This document shows positions 11,010 to 19,896 of a stretch of 32,213 bases of DNA, piece after piece. The DNA is from Crocinitomicaceae bacterium (lineage in GTDB: Bacteria; Bacteroidota; Bacteroidia; Flavobacteriales_D; Crocinitomicaceae), in assembly GCA_027084145.1 (NCBI GenBank), contig JALWLM010000504.1, positions 1-32,213 on the forward strand, given 5' to 3'. Both the position numbers and the translations under genes were made by a program. The notes below the pieces were generated by a model. It was given only the letters and a program-made list of their open reading frames with translations. It did not search any database and was not told where the DNA came from. Within the stretch, counting starts at the first letter, position 1, and every line of letters begins with the position of its first letter.

Positions 11010-13460
11010 TTGGTTGAAATTAAACAATTTTCCTCCTTGAAATATTTGTATATCATATTGTTATTCTGTTCATTTGGTGTGAATTCACAACATTTGTTAA
11101 GTGGATTTATTGTAGATGAAAATGATTCACCTGTTCCTTTTGCTAAAGTTTTTGTCAAAAATCAACCGGAACTTCGAACAATAGCAGATGTTAACGGATA
11201 CTATGAAATGCGTCTGCAAGAAGGAGAATACTTCTTGGTCATTCGAGCCGGAGGTTTTATTGAAAAAGAAGCATTTGTAGCAATAACAGGGAAGGGTATC
11301 AAAAAAGATATTCAATTGTTTCCAATAGAAGTACAGGAGCTTGAAGACGTTGAAATCAAAGCTAAAAAGACAAATCCGGGAAGAGAAATTATGCTGAAAG
11401 TAGTGAAGAAAAGAAATGAAATCAGCATGTGGTCATATCCTCATAAAGTAAATGTTTACATTAAAGCTTCTGAAGAAATTTTTCCCCAAAAAAATAATAA
11501 GAGAGATAAAGGAAACAAGGAGGAAGTTGAAAATAAAATGAACCTCATTGAAGTATCCTTGGAAAGAAGTTACGGGGGTAAAGGTAAAGTAAAAGAAATT
11601 AGAAAAGCATTCCGCTGGTACGGAGATAAATACAACCATCACTTATATTATACCACAACGGTAAAATCAGATTTTAATTTTTTTCAAAACATTTTACATT
11701 TAGATGATTTACATCAAAACCCAATCAGTTCACCCATTTCTGTATCAGGTATTTTATCGTATAAATACCGTTTGGTAGATCAATACGAAGAGAACAATAA
11801 AAAAATTCATAAAATTCAAATTATTCCCAGAAATATCGCATCAACAACATTAGGAGGATTCATTTATGTTATCGACTCTCTATGGTTGGTGAAAAAAATA
11901 GATTTCGAAATAGAAAAAGGAAACCTTTTAATTTACGATTACTTTAAGATAACACAGGAATTCGATACGCGAGGAGATTCTGTTTCCATATTAAAAAAGC
12001 AGTTATTGGATTATGGAGTAAAGTATAAAAGCGAAACTTATAAAGGAAAAACCATTGCTTCTTTTGAGAATTATGACTTTTCTCCAAAATTTCCGAAACG
12101 ATACTTTAACAGTGAGCTTGCAGTAATGACAGAAGATGCTTTAGACAAAGATTCTTCTTATTGGGAGAAAAAAAGAAAATCGGGTTTTACCAAAGAAGAA
12201 TTGGAATATATTCAATACAGAGATAGTATTGAAATAGCACATCAGCGAAAAGAATATCTGGATTCCATTGATAGAGAGTTTAATAAAATAACTTTTTGGA
12301 AAGTCGTTTGGTGGGGAATTGACCATAGAAACAGAGCAAAAAAAGAACAATGGACAATAGGTTCTTTAGCAACAACAATTCGACCTATTTTTATAGCAGG
12401 ACCAAGAATTTCTCCTAACTTTTATTATTTTAAAAAATGGGAAAACGAACATGTTTTGGATGGATACACCGAAGTGTCGATAGGTGTACTTAATAAAGAC
12501 CCTAAAGTAGCAACCACATGGGAATATTTGTATAATCCTTTCAAAGCAGGAGAAGTTGGTATTGGTTTTTTTCATTATTTTGATGTCATTAGAGATTTTG
12601 ATGCCATTACACAAATTTACAAGCGAGATAATTTTATAGAAGTCACCAAATTAAATGGAATAAATTCTATTGAAATCAGTAATGGATTTTATTTGGATCT
12701 CGGATTTGAGTTTTCTGAAAGAAGAAGTTTAGAAGGATATCAATTTTTAAATACCGATGATTTCCTTCCTAATAACGACCCTTTGGATTTTGAAACCTAT
12801 CAAGCATTAATTTTGGCAGGAGAAATTACTTTTGTTCCGTTTCAAAAGTATATGAGAGAACCTAAAAGGAAAATTGTATTAGGTTCAAGATGGCCAACTT
12901 TCTATCTCGCATATGAAAAAGGAGTTCCTTCACTTTTAGGAAGTGATGTTGACCATGATTATATTAAAGCGGGAATACGGCAAACATTTAAGATTGGAAC
13001 GGTAGGAACCTCCTCTTATCATTTGAAAACAGGAAAGTTTCTTAACACAAAATCATTGAAATATGCAGACGAAAAATTTCATCGCCGAAGCGATCCTATT
13101 TGGTTTTCCAACCCTTTATATTCTTTTCAAGGTTTAGATACGATTATTGCAGCGCGGGACATTTCTTATGAAGCTCATTTTGTACATCATGGTAACGGAG
13201 CAATTTTGAGTAAAATTCCATTGATGAAAAAAACAAGAATAGGTTTGGTGTTAGGAACAGGAGGAATGTATATTCCTGAATTTGATTGGATCAATTATGA
13301 GGTATTAGCCGGTTTAGAAAGAAATTTTAAATTTTCAAAGCGTCGTTTGAGAGTAGGGTTTTATACCGCATTATCAGGAGGAAATCATATGATTCCGCGG
13401 TTGGATTGGAAAATTTCGTTGGCATTACTTAATAACAGAAATATGAAGTGGAATTTCTAA
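11010..13460 (+). CDS. CarboxypepD_reg-domain / DUF5686-like large outer-membrane protein
   Basis: 816 aa. The N-terminal carboxypeptidase-regulatory-like domain reads [22 protein letters not shown]...[24 protein letters not shown]. The protein ends in ...NMKWNF, an aromatic C-terminal residue typical of an OMP beta-signal. There is no in-frame ATG before the signal peptide, so the start is TTG at 11010 or, more plausibly, TTG at 11037 (giving [18 protein letters not shown]). Confidence 0.7.
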   Translation: MVEIKQFSSLKYLYIILLFCSFGVNSQHLLSGFIVDENDSPVPFAKVFVKNQPELRTIADVNGYYEMRLQEGEYFLVIRAGGFIEKEAFVAITGKGIKKDIQLFPIEVQELEDVEIKAKKTNPGREIMLKVVKKRNEISMWSYPHKVNVYIKASEEIFPQKNNKRDKGNKEEVENKMNLIEVSLERSYGGKGKVKEIRKAFRWYGDKYNHHLYYTTTVKSDFNFFQNILHLDDLHQNPISSPISVSGILSYKYRLVDQYEENNKKIHKIQIIPRNIASTTLGGFIYVIDSLWLVKKIDFEIEKGNLLIYDYFKITQEFDTRGDSVSILKKQLLDYGVKYKSETYKGKTIASFENYDFSPKFPKRYFNSELAVMTEDALDKDSSYWEKKRKSGFTKEELEYIQYRDSIEIAHQRKEYLDSIDREFNKITFWKVVWWGIDHRNRAKKEQWTIGSLATTIRPIFIAGPRISPNFYYFKKWENEHVLDGYTEVSIGVLNKDPKVATTWEYLYNPFKAGEVGIGFFHYFDVIRDFDAITQIYKRDNFIEVTKLNGINSIEISNGFYLDLGFEFSERRSLEGYQFLNTDDFLPNNDPLDFETYQALILAGEITFVPFQKYMREPKRKIVLGSRWPTFYLAYEKGVPSLLGSDVDHDYIKAGIRQTFKIGTVGTSSYHLKTGKFLNTKSLKYADEKFHRRSDPIWFSNPLYSFQGLDTIIAARDISYEAHFVHHGNGAILSKIPLMKKTRIGLVLGTGGMYIPEFDWINYEVLAGLERNFKFSKRRLRVGFYTALSGGNHMIPRLDWKISLALLNNRNMKWNF

Positions 13461-13475
13461 TCCCACTTTTTTTTC

Positions 13476-13483
13476 TACCTTTG
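13476..13483 (+). promoter_or_regulatory. Candidate -7 promoter box (TAnnTTTG) for the kbl operon
   Basis: TACCTTTG lies 34 nt upstream of the kbl ATG at 13517, just after the upstream stop codon. Confidence 0.4.
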
Positions 13484-13516
13484 GTTAGCCAAAATAAAAG
13501 TTTAAAATATAGAATA

Positions 13517-14704
13517 ATGTACGGAAAAATAAAAGAACATTTACAGTCAGAGTTAAAAACAATACAAGAAGCCGGATTATATAAAAAAGAGAGAATTATA
13601 ACAACACCTCAAGGAGCAAGTGTGAAAGTAGATACAGGAGAAGAGGTGATTATTATGTGTGCAAATAATTATTTGGGATTATCATCCCATCCGCAGGTGA
13701 TTCAGGCGGCAAAAGATGCGCTGGATACACGCGGGTATGGAATGTCATCTGTTCGTTTTATTTGTGGAACACAAGATATTCATAAAGAATTGGAACGTAA
13801 GATAGCAGAGTTTTACGGAACGGAAGACACGATTCTTTACGCAGCAGCTTTTGATGCAAACGGAGGAGTTTTCGAACCTTTATTTACTGCTGAAGATGCA
13901 ATTATATCAGATGAATTAAATCACGCATCTATCATTGATGGGGTGCGTTTGTGTAAAGCACAAAGGTATCGATACAAGCATTCCGATATGGAAGACTTGG
14001 AAGAGCAATTAAAAAAGGCGCAAGCACAACGATTTAGAATCATTGTAACAGATGGAGTTTTCTCAATGGATGGAGATTTAGCAAAGATGGATGAAATTTG
14101 TGCTTTGGCAGAGAAATATGATGCACTTGTGATGACGGATGAATGTCATTCTGCAGGATTTATCGGTAAAACGGGAAGAGGTGTTCCGGAACATTTCGGT
14201 GTAATGGATAAAGTAGATATTATTACAGGGACATTAGGGAAAGCACTTGGAGGAGCAATGGGAGGATATACGACGGGGAAAAAGGAAATTATCGAAATAC
14301 TTCGACAAAAATCACGACCTTATTTATTTTCAAACTCTTTGGCTCCGGCAATTGTAGGAGCTTCAATCAAAGTTTTTGATTTATTGACTCAATCAACGGA
14401 ATTAAGAGATAGATTAGAAGAAAATACGAAGTATTTTAAAACTAAAATTTTAGACGCAGGATTTGATGTTAAAGAAGGAGACTCTCCAATTGTCCCGATA
14501 ATGCTTTACGATGCGGCATTGTCTCAAAAATTTGCAGATAGATTGTTGGAAGAAGGAGTCTATGCGATTGGTTTCTTCTATCCGGTAGTGCCAAAAGGGA
14601 AAGCGAGAATCAGAACTCAAATTTCAGCCGCTCATACAAAAGAGCAACTGGATAAAGCAGTGGATGCGTTTGTTAAAGTAGGAAAGGAATTAGGCGTCAT
14701 CTAA
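13517..14704 (+). CDS. kbl: Glycine C-acetyltransferase (2-amino-3-ketobutyrate CoA ligase)
   Basis: 395 aa from the ATG at 13517 (MYGKIKEHL...). Alpha-oxoamine synthase family, with [16 protein letters not shown] and the PLP-lysine context [10 protein letters not shown]. The track's longer ORF (from 13448) overlaps the upstream gene and contains the predicted promoter, so I rejected that extension. Confidence 0.9.
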   Translation: MYGKIKEHLQSELKTIQEAGLYKKERIITTPQGASVKVDTGEEVIIMCANNYLGLSSHPQVIQAAKDALDTRGYGMSSVRFICGTQDIHKELERKIAEFYGTEDTILYAAAFDANGGVFEPLFTAEDAIISDELNHASIIDGVRLCKAQRYRYKHSDMEDLEEQLKKAQAQRFRIIVTDGVFSMDGDLAKMDEICALAEKYDALVMTDECHSAGFIGKTGRGVPEHFGVMDKVDIITGTLGKALGGAMGGYTTGKKEIIEILRQKSRPYLFSNSLAPAIVGASIKVFDLLTQSTELRDRLEENTKYFKTKILDAGFDVKEGDSPIVPIMLYDAALSQKFADRLLEEGVYAIGFFYPVVPKGKARIRTQISAAHTKEQLDKAVDAFVKVGKELGVI

Positions 14705-14724
14705 TAGAGCTTAGAAAAGAAAAA

Positions 14725-15249
14725 ATGGCTTTGATTAAAGATTGTAGAGGAAAAAAACCTAAATTTGGGAAAGACTGCTGGCTGGCAGAAAACTCAACAA
14801 TTGTAGGAGATGTAGAGATGGGAGACCAATGCTCTATATGGTTTAATGCGGTAGTTAGGGGGGATGTAAACAGTATTCGCTTTGGAAATAAAGTGAATAT
14901 TCAGGATGGAGCTGTTGTTCATTGTACCTATGAAAAAACAAAAGTGGTTTTAGGTAATAATGTATCTGTCGGGCATAACGCTTTAGTGCATGGATGTACG
15001 GTAGAAGATAATGTTTTGATAGGGATGGGGGCAATTGTGATGGATAATTGTTATATTGAGTCTAATTGTATCATTGCGGCAGGTGCAGTATTGTTAGAAG
15101 GAACACGTGTTGAATCATGGAGTATTTATGCAGGCGTTCCGGCAAAAAAGGTAAAAACACTTTCTCCCGAATTGTTTGAAGGAGAAGTGCAACGAATAGC
15201 AGATAATTATGTAAAATATTCAGGATGGTTTAAATTTAAAAAACAATAA
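14725..15249 (+). CDS. Gamma-carbonic-anhydrase-family hexapeptide-repeat protein (YrdA/PaaY-like)
   Basis: 174 aa. Left-handed beta-helix hexapeptide repeats and His residues in the typical gamma-CA context (VVHCT, VGHNALVHGC). Confidence 0.85.
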   Translation: MALIKDCRGKKPKFGKDCWLAENSTIVGDVEMGDQCSIWFNAVVRGDVNSIRFGNKVNIQDGAVVHCTYEKTKVVLGNNVSVGHNALVHGCTVEDNVLIGMGAIVMDNCYIESNCIIAAGAVLLEGTRVESWSIYAGVPAKKVKTLSPELFEGEVQRIADNYVKYSGWFKFKKQ

Positions 15250-15263
15250 TAAATATCAATAAT

Positions 15264-16037
15264 ATGGCAAAGAAAATAGTTAGAGTAAATACGGGTAAAG
15301 AAGATACAAGCAGAACCGAAGGAACATGGAAACCAACGGAAGAAAGTAAAGCAAGAGCAAAAAAAATAAGAATTTTTGCAATTATTGCATTCGTCTTGGC
15401 AATTGGAGCTGAAGTTGCAGCAATTTTTGTATTGAAAAAAACTCCTATCAATATGACATGGTTGATTGTGTGGATTATTGTTGCACTGATTTTTTCGATA
15501 ACAGGTTCCGTTCTTTGGAAGAAAGCCAATCGTTTGGATCCCGCATCTAAGAAAGATAAATTTAGATTTTTTGTGCAAAATCAATTGGGAGCAATTATTG
15601 CGATGATTGCTTTCCTACCTCTAGTCATATTGATATTTATGAACAAAGATATGACGGGAAAACAAAAAGGAATTGCGGGAGGTATTGCCGCCGTGGCTTT
15701 AGTTGTAGCCGGATTAGTGGGAGCAGACTTCAATCCTCCGTCAGTAGAGGAGTACACAGAGCAAACAAAACGGGTAGAAGATTTGACGGGTAAAAATTAC
15801 GTTTATTGGACAAAATCAGGTAAAAGTTATCATTTATATTCGGATTGTGGTTACATTAATGGAAAGAGAACAACAGAAATATTTGAAGGAACAGTAGCCG
15901 AAGCACGTGAATTGAAAAATATAACAGACTTATGTGATCGATGTGCAAGACAAGCAGAAAGAGCTAAAGAGATAGAAGCGGAAGACGTGACAAATCTCTT
16001 GAATCAAGAGGCGACAGAGACCAATTCCAACGAATAA
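15264..16037 (+). CDS. Four-TM membrane protein with a C-terminal H/C3 zinc-ribbon motif (Ada-N-like pattern)
   Basis: 257 aa. Lys-rich N-terminus, four hydrophobic helices (about aa 36-57, 64-85, 108-126 and 136-154), then NYVYWTKSGKSYHLYSDC...(28 aa)...CDRCARQ. Intergenic gaps are tight: 14 nt upstream and 11 nt downstream. Confidence 0.6.
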   Translation: MAKKIVRVNTGKEDTSRTEGTWKPTEESKARAKKIRIFAIIAFVLAIGAEVAAIFVLKKTPINMTWLIVWIIVALIFSITGSVLWKKANRLDPASKKDKFRFFVQNQLGAIIAMIAFLPLVILIFMNKDMTGKQKGIAGGIAAVALVVAGLVGADFNPPSVEEYTEQTKRVEDLTGKNYVYWTKSGKSYHLYSDCGYINGKRTTEIFEGTVAEARELKNITDLCDRCARQAERAKEIEAEDVTNLLNQEATETNSNE

Positions 16038-16048
16038 ATTATAAATAA

Positions 16049-16642
16049 ATGATTTTACCGATAGTAGCTTACGGTGATCCTGTATTAAAAAAGGTAGGAG
16101 AGGAGATAGAAGAAGGGTCAGATATTCAGACCTTAATTGACAATATGTTTGAGACAATGTACAATGCTTCGGGAGTTGGCTTAGCAGCTCCACAGATAGG
16201 GGAGTCTATCCGTTTATTTGTTGTAGACGCTTCACCTTTTGCAGAGCCTGATGAAGATGGAACAATAGATCCGTTGGCTGAAGGATTAGATGGATTTAAA
16301 AAAGTATTTATCAACCCCATTATTGAAGAAGAAAGTGGTGAAGAATGGGGGTTTCATGAAGGTTGTCTTTCTATTCCGAAAATCAGAGAAGAAGTTTTCC
16401 GAAAAGAAAAAATCGTGATTTCTTATTATGACGAAGACTGGAACTTAAAAGAAGAAGAGTATGATGGGTATGCGGCGAGAATTATTCAGCATGAATACGA
16501 CCACATTGAAGGAATTCTATTTACAGACCGTCTTTCTCCTTTAAAAAAGAGAATGTTAAAAAAACGATTGCAAAAAATTTCAAAAGGAGAAGTTGCTGTT
16601 GATTATCGGATGAGGTTCCCATTAGCCAAAAAAAGAAGATAG
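16049..16642 (+). CDS. def: Peptide deformylase
   Basis: All three canonical motifs are present: GVGLAAPQIG, EGCLSIP and HEYDHIEG. Confidence 0.95.
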   Translation: MILPIVAYGDPVLKKVGEEIEEGSDIQTLIDNMFETMYNASGVGLAAPQIGESIRLFVVDASPFAEPDEDGTIDPLAEGLDGFKKVFINPIIEEESGEEWGFHEGCLSIPKIREEVFRKEKIVISYYDEDWNLKEEEYDGYAARIIQHEYDHIEGILFTDRLSPLKKRMLKKRLQKISKGEVAVDYRMRFPLAKKRR

Positions 16643-16645
16643 TAT

Positions 16646-17182
16646 ATGAGATTTATAATGTTTTTCATATTCTTGATTGCTTTTTCTTGTCAATCTGAGA
16701 AACAAGAAGATGGTAGGAAAGGGCTTTTAAAAAAAATTAAGAAGCAAGAGCAAAAATTAAGTGATTTAGCGAAAGATTTTCGTCCCGGGCAAGAAATACC
16801 GAAGGAAGAGTCGGATAAATTGGTTGATTTATTGTTACAATATTATAAAAAACATCCATCAGATACGATTGCTCCTATATGCTTAGATAAAGTCCACATG
16901 ATTTATTCTGCTCGAAAAGAATATAAAAAATCCGCAGCGTACGCAGACACCCTCATTGAAAAGTATCCGGATTATCCTAATCGACCCATTGTACTCGAGA
17001 GTATGGCAACAAGTTATGATTTGTTCATTCAACCGAGAGATACTTTTAAAATAAGAAAATATTTAAAATTATTGTTAGAAGAGAATCCCGACTTACCTCA
17101 AGATAAACGGGAAGATATTCAATTCAAATTAGAACATTTGAATTTGACATTTGAAGAATTGATAAAACAAAATTCAAAATAA
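16646..17182 (+). CDS. Hypothetical lipoprotein, helical
   Basis: 178 aa. Signal peptide plus lipobox (FLIAFSCQ) and a helical Lys/Glu/Tyr-rich body. The ATG lies 3 nt after the def stop. Confidence 0.5.
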   Translation: MRFIMFFIFLIAFSCQSEKQEDGRKGLLKKIKKQEQKLSDLAKDFRPGQEIPKEESDKLVDLLLQYYKKHPSDTIAPICLDKVHMIYSARKEYKKSAAYADTLIEKYPDYPNRPIVLESMATSYDLFIQPRDTFKIRKYLKLLLEENPDLPQDKREDIQFKLEHLNLTFEELIKQNSK

Positions 17183-17292
17183 TAATCCTGTAAACCTAAG
17201 TATTCGTCTTGTGGGTTTGAAATGAAACCTGACTAAGGAATAGATTATATTTCAGATAAAAATACATTAGATGATATAAATCACTCTAAACG

Positions 17293-17324
17293 TTTGCAGA
17301 TTAAACACTAAAAGATTACTTTTG
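17293..17324 (+). promoter_or_regulatory. Candidate Bacteroidota promoter for hppA (-33 TTTG plus -7 TAnnTTTG)
   Basis: TTTG at 17293-17296 and TACTTTTG at 17317-17324 are separated by 20 nt. The -7 box ends 35 nt before the hppA ATG. This is the only promoter candidate in the window with both elements. Confidence 0.5.
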
Positions 17325-17359
17325 CGACTTTGAAAAATTAACTAACTAAAATTTAAACA

Positions 17360-19786
17360 ATGGAATCAATGTTTATCTACATGCCTATCATGGCTGCTTT
17401 AATCGGATTGCTTTATATGCTTGTAAAGAAGTCTTGGATAATGAAACAAGACGCAGGAGACGGAGTAATGAAAGAAATTTCCGATCACATTTATGAAGGG
17501 GCTTTAGCATTTTTGAAAGCAGAGTATAGAATACTAGCTGTTTTCATCGTTATTGTCAGTATTGCTTTAGCTGTTGTTTCATTCATCGTTCCTTCAACAG
17601 ATATTTTAATTGTCGTTGCCTTTATTTTTGGGGCATTGTTTTCGGCATTTGCAGGAAACATAGGAATGAGAATAGCAACAAAAACAAATGTAAGAACAAC
17701 ACAAGCGGCAAGAACAAGTTTACCTAAAGCGCTTAAAATCTCTTTTGGAGGAGGAACTGTGATGGGCTTAGGTGTTGCAGGTTTGGCTGTACTTGGATTA
17801 ACCGGTTTTTTCATTGTTTTCTATCAAATATTTATGGGAGGAGAATGGACCAATACCCATGATATGACCATTGTATTAGAAACTTTAGCGGGATTCTCTT
17901 TAGGAGCTGAATCTATTGCACTTTTTGCTCGTGTTGGAGGAGGAATCTATACGAAAGCAGCAGACGTGGGAGCTGACTTAGTAGGAAAGGTTGAAGCAGG
18001 TATTCCGGAAGATGATCCGAGAAATCCGGCAACAATTGCGGATAATGTAGGAGACAACGTAGGAGATGTTGCGGGAATGGGAGCCGACTTGTTCGGATCT
18101 TATGTAGCAACGGTACTTGCAGCAATGGTATTGGGAAATTATATTATCACAGATAATGGAGGAGTGATTGATGATGCTTTTGGAGGTATCGGACCAATCT
18201 TATTGCCGGTAGCAATTGCAGGAGTAGGGATTATTATTTCTATTATCGGAACCATGCTTGTGAAAATTAAAAGTAATGATGCGAAAGAAGCGCAGGTCAT
18301 GGGAGCATTAAACTTAGGAAACTGGACATCAATTGTATTAGTTGCTATTTTAAGTTACATCCTTGTAATATGGATGCTTCCTTCTTCAATGAAAATGAGC
18401 TTCTTCGGGGAAGGAATGAAAGAAATTTCATCACTTAGAGTATTTGCTTCCGTAGTAGTTGGTTTGTTTGTAGGGGGGACGATATCAGCGGTAACGGAAT
18501 ATTACACAGGATTAGGAAAAAAACCAATCTTAAAAATTGTTCAACAATCATCAACTGGAGCAGGAACAAATATTATCGCAGGTTTAGCAACGGGAATGAT
18601 ATCTACGTTCCCAACAATTATATTATTTGCTGGAGCGATTTGGGCTTCTTATGCATTGTCAGGATTTTATGGTGTGGCAATAGCTGCTTCAGCAATGATG
18701 GCAACGACGGCAATGCAGTTGGCCATTGATGCATTTGGTCCGATTGCAGATAATGCGGGAGGAATCGCTGAAATGAGTGGTCAAGATCCGATTGTTCGTG
18801 AAAGAACAGATATTTTAGATTCTGTAGGGAACACGACTGCTGCAACAGGAAAAGGATTTGCGATTGCTTCAGCGGCATTAACATCGTTAGCGTTATTTGC
18901 AGCGTATGTAACATTTACGGGAATAGACGGGATTAACATCTTTAAAGCTCCTGTACTTGCAATGTTATTTGTAGGAGGTATGGTTCCTGTAGTTTTCTCT
19001 GCATTAGCAATGAATGCCGTAGGAAGAGCAGCAATGGAAATGGTACAAGAAGTTCGACGTCAATTCCGTGAGATTACAGGAATTATGGAAGGAACAGGAA
19101 AACCTGAATATGATAAGTGTGTAGAGATTTCAACACAAGCGTCATTAAAACAAATGATGCTTCCGGGAGCTTTAGCAATAGGATTTCCTTTAGTGATTGC
19201 TTTTTTACCATTATTGTTTGGAATGGATAACCAAATGATTGCAGAAATGTTAGGAGGATACATGGCGGGAGTAACGGTTTCAGGTGTACTTTGGGCTGTA
19301 TTTCAAAATAATGCCGGAGGTGCTTGGGATAATGCTAAAAAATCTTTTGAAGCGGGAGTTGAGATTAATGGAGAAATGACTTACAAGGGTTCAGATGCAC
19401 ATAAAGCAGCGGTAACAGGAGACACGGTAGGAGATCCGTTTAAAGATACTTCAGGGCCTTCAATGAATATCTTAATCAAGTTAACATGTTTGATAGGATT
19501 AGTACTGGCTCCGATATTAGGTAATGGAAACCATGAAGAAGGAAATGATGTACATGCAGGGTGTGCTACTAAAGTAGAACAATGCCATTCTAAAAAAGGG
19601 CAAGATTGTCATGAAGTGACTGATAAATGTTGCAAAGGAGATGAAAAATCTTGTAAAAAAGATGATGAAAAATGCTCTAAAGGAGAAGCTTGTTGTAAAG
19701 AGGAGAAAAAAGATGACTGTAAAAAATCTTGTGAAACAAAAGGCAAAGGATGTTCTAAAGAAAAAGAAGGGTGCTGTAAAAAATAA
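17360..19786 (+). CDS. hppA: K+-dependent membrane-bound pyrophosphatase, probably H+-pumping of the Flavobacterium johnsoniae type, with an atypical 88-aa Cys/Lys-rich C-terminal tail
   Basis: 808 aa. Core motifs: [41 protein letters not shown] and [25 protein letters not shown] (Ala, not Lys) indicates the K+-dependent class. There is no Glu at either TM6 position (DLFGSYVAT), but there is a Glu in TM5 (LGAESIALF). The canonical end is ...LVLAPILG at aa 720, followed by the tail (aa 721-808). Confidence 0.95.
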   Translation: MESMFIYMPIMAALIGLLYMLVKKSWIMKQDAGDGVMKEISDHIYEGALAFLKAEYRILAVFIVIVSIALAVVSFIVPSTDILIVVAFIFGALFSAFAGNIGMRIATKTNVRTTQAARTSLPKALKISFGGGTVMGLGVAGLAVLGLTGFFIVFYQIFMGGEWTNTHDMTIVLETLAGFSLGAESIALFARVGGGIYTKAADVGADLVGKVEAGIPEDDPRNPATIADNVGDNVGDVAGMGADLFGSYVATVLAAMVLGNYIITDNGGVIDDAFGGIGPILLPVAIAGVGIIISIIGTMLVKIKSNDAKEAQVMGALNLGNWTSIVLVAILSYILVIWMLPSSMKMSFFGEGMKEISSLRVFASVVVGLFVGGTISAVTEYYTGLGKKPILKIVQQSSTGAGTNIIAGLATGMISTFPTIILFAGAIWASYALSGFYGVAIAASAMMATTAMQLAIDAFGPIADNAGGIAEMSGQDPIVRERTDILDSVGNTTAATGKGFAIASAALTSLALFAAYVTFTGIDGINIFKAPVLAMLFVGGMVPVVFSALAMNAVGRAAMEMVQEVRRQFREITGIMEGTGKPEYDKCVEISTQASLKQMMLPGALAIGFPLVIAFLPLLFGMDNQMIAEMLGGYMAGVTVSGVLWAVFQNNAGGAWDNAKKSFEAGVEINGEMTYKGSDAHKAAVTGDTVGDPFKDTSGPSMNILIKLTCLIGLVLAPILGNGNHEEGNDVHAGCATKVEQCHSKKGQDCHEVTDKCCKGDEKSCKKDDEKCSKGEACCKEEKKDDCKKSCETKGKGCSKEKEGCCKK

Positions 19787-19804
19787 GGATTAAATCAACA
19801 CAAT

Positions 19805-19836
19805 AAAAACTCCACTCTAACGGGTGGAGTTTTTTT
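19805..19836 (+). terminator. Rho-independent terminator of hppA
   Basis: AAAAACTCCAC (19805-19815) pairs with GTGGAGTTTTT (19824-19834) around an 8-nt loop, and a run of seven T's follows. It starts 18 nt after the hppA stop. Confidence 0.8.
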
Positions 19837-19863
19837 ATTCCTAAATATTCAATTAAATTCCTT

Positions 19864-19871
19864 TATCTTTG
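19864..19871 (+). promoter_or_regulatory. Candidate -7 promoter box (TAnnTTTG) for radA, embedded in the TTATC-TTT-GATAA palindrome
   Basis: TATCTTTG ends exactly 26 nt before the radA ATG, counting from its last G at 19871 to the A of the ATG at 19897. It is part of a 16-mer (19862-19877) repeated identically at 21969-21984. Confidence 0.45.
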
Positions 19872-19896
19872 ATAACATCAAAAAAACATTTAATCA

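Noticed and set aside
10865-11642. Minus-strand ORFs (10865-11158, 11127-11315, 11433-11642) around the start of the DUF5686-like gene.
   Set aside because: They are antisense to better-supported plus-strand genes. Their translations are low-complexity Asn/Lys/Phe-rich, as expected from AT-rich DNA.
13448-13516. In-frame 5' extension of the kbl ORF ([23 protein letters not shown]...), which looks like a signal peptide.
   Set aside because: It overlaps the end of the upstream gene and contains the TACCTTTG promoter box. Kbl is cytoplasmic, and homologues start near MYGKIK.
15207-15584. Minus-strand 125-aa Cys/Asn-rich ORF and an overlapping 97-aa ORF, which look superficially like a Cys-rich peptide gene.
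   Set aside because: They are fully antisense to the 5' part of the 257-aa membrane-protein gene (15264-16037), which has clean TM helices and operon-tight spacing. The Cys-rich appearance comes from reading GCA/ATT/AAA-rich codons backwards. I see no promoter box or signal sequence.
17192-17229. AAACC ... GGGTTT ... AAACC arrangement upstream of hppA that could form two mutually exclusive hairpins (attenuator or riboswitch-like).
   Set aside because: The stems are only 5-6 bp and no U-tract follows. The element also lies upstream of the predicted hppA promoter (17293-17324), so it would not be in the hppA 5' UTR. It is most likely chance or a weak terminator for the upstream lipoprotein gene.
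17491-19263. Four minus-strand ORFs of 67-107 aa inside hppA (17491-17814, 17913-18125, 18618-18914, 19060-19263).
   Set aside because: They are entirely antisense to a strongly conserved, motif-rich gene. Their translations are low-complexity (Pro/Leu/Gln-rich) with no recognisable motifs. Antisense open frames like this are typical of Gly/Ala/Val-rich membrane-protein genes.
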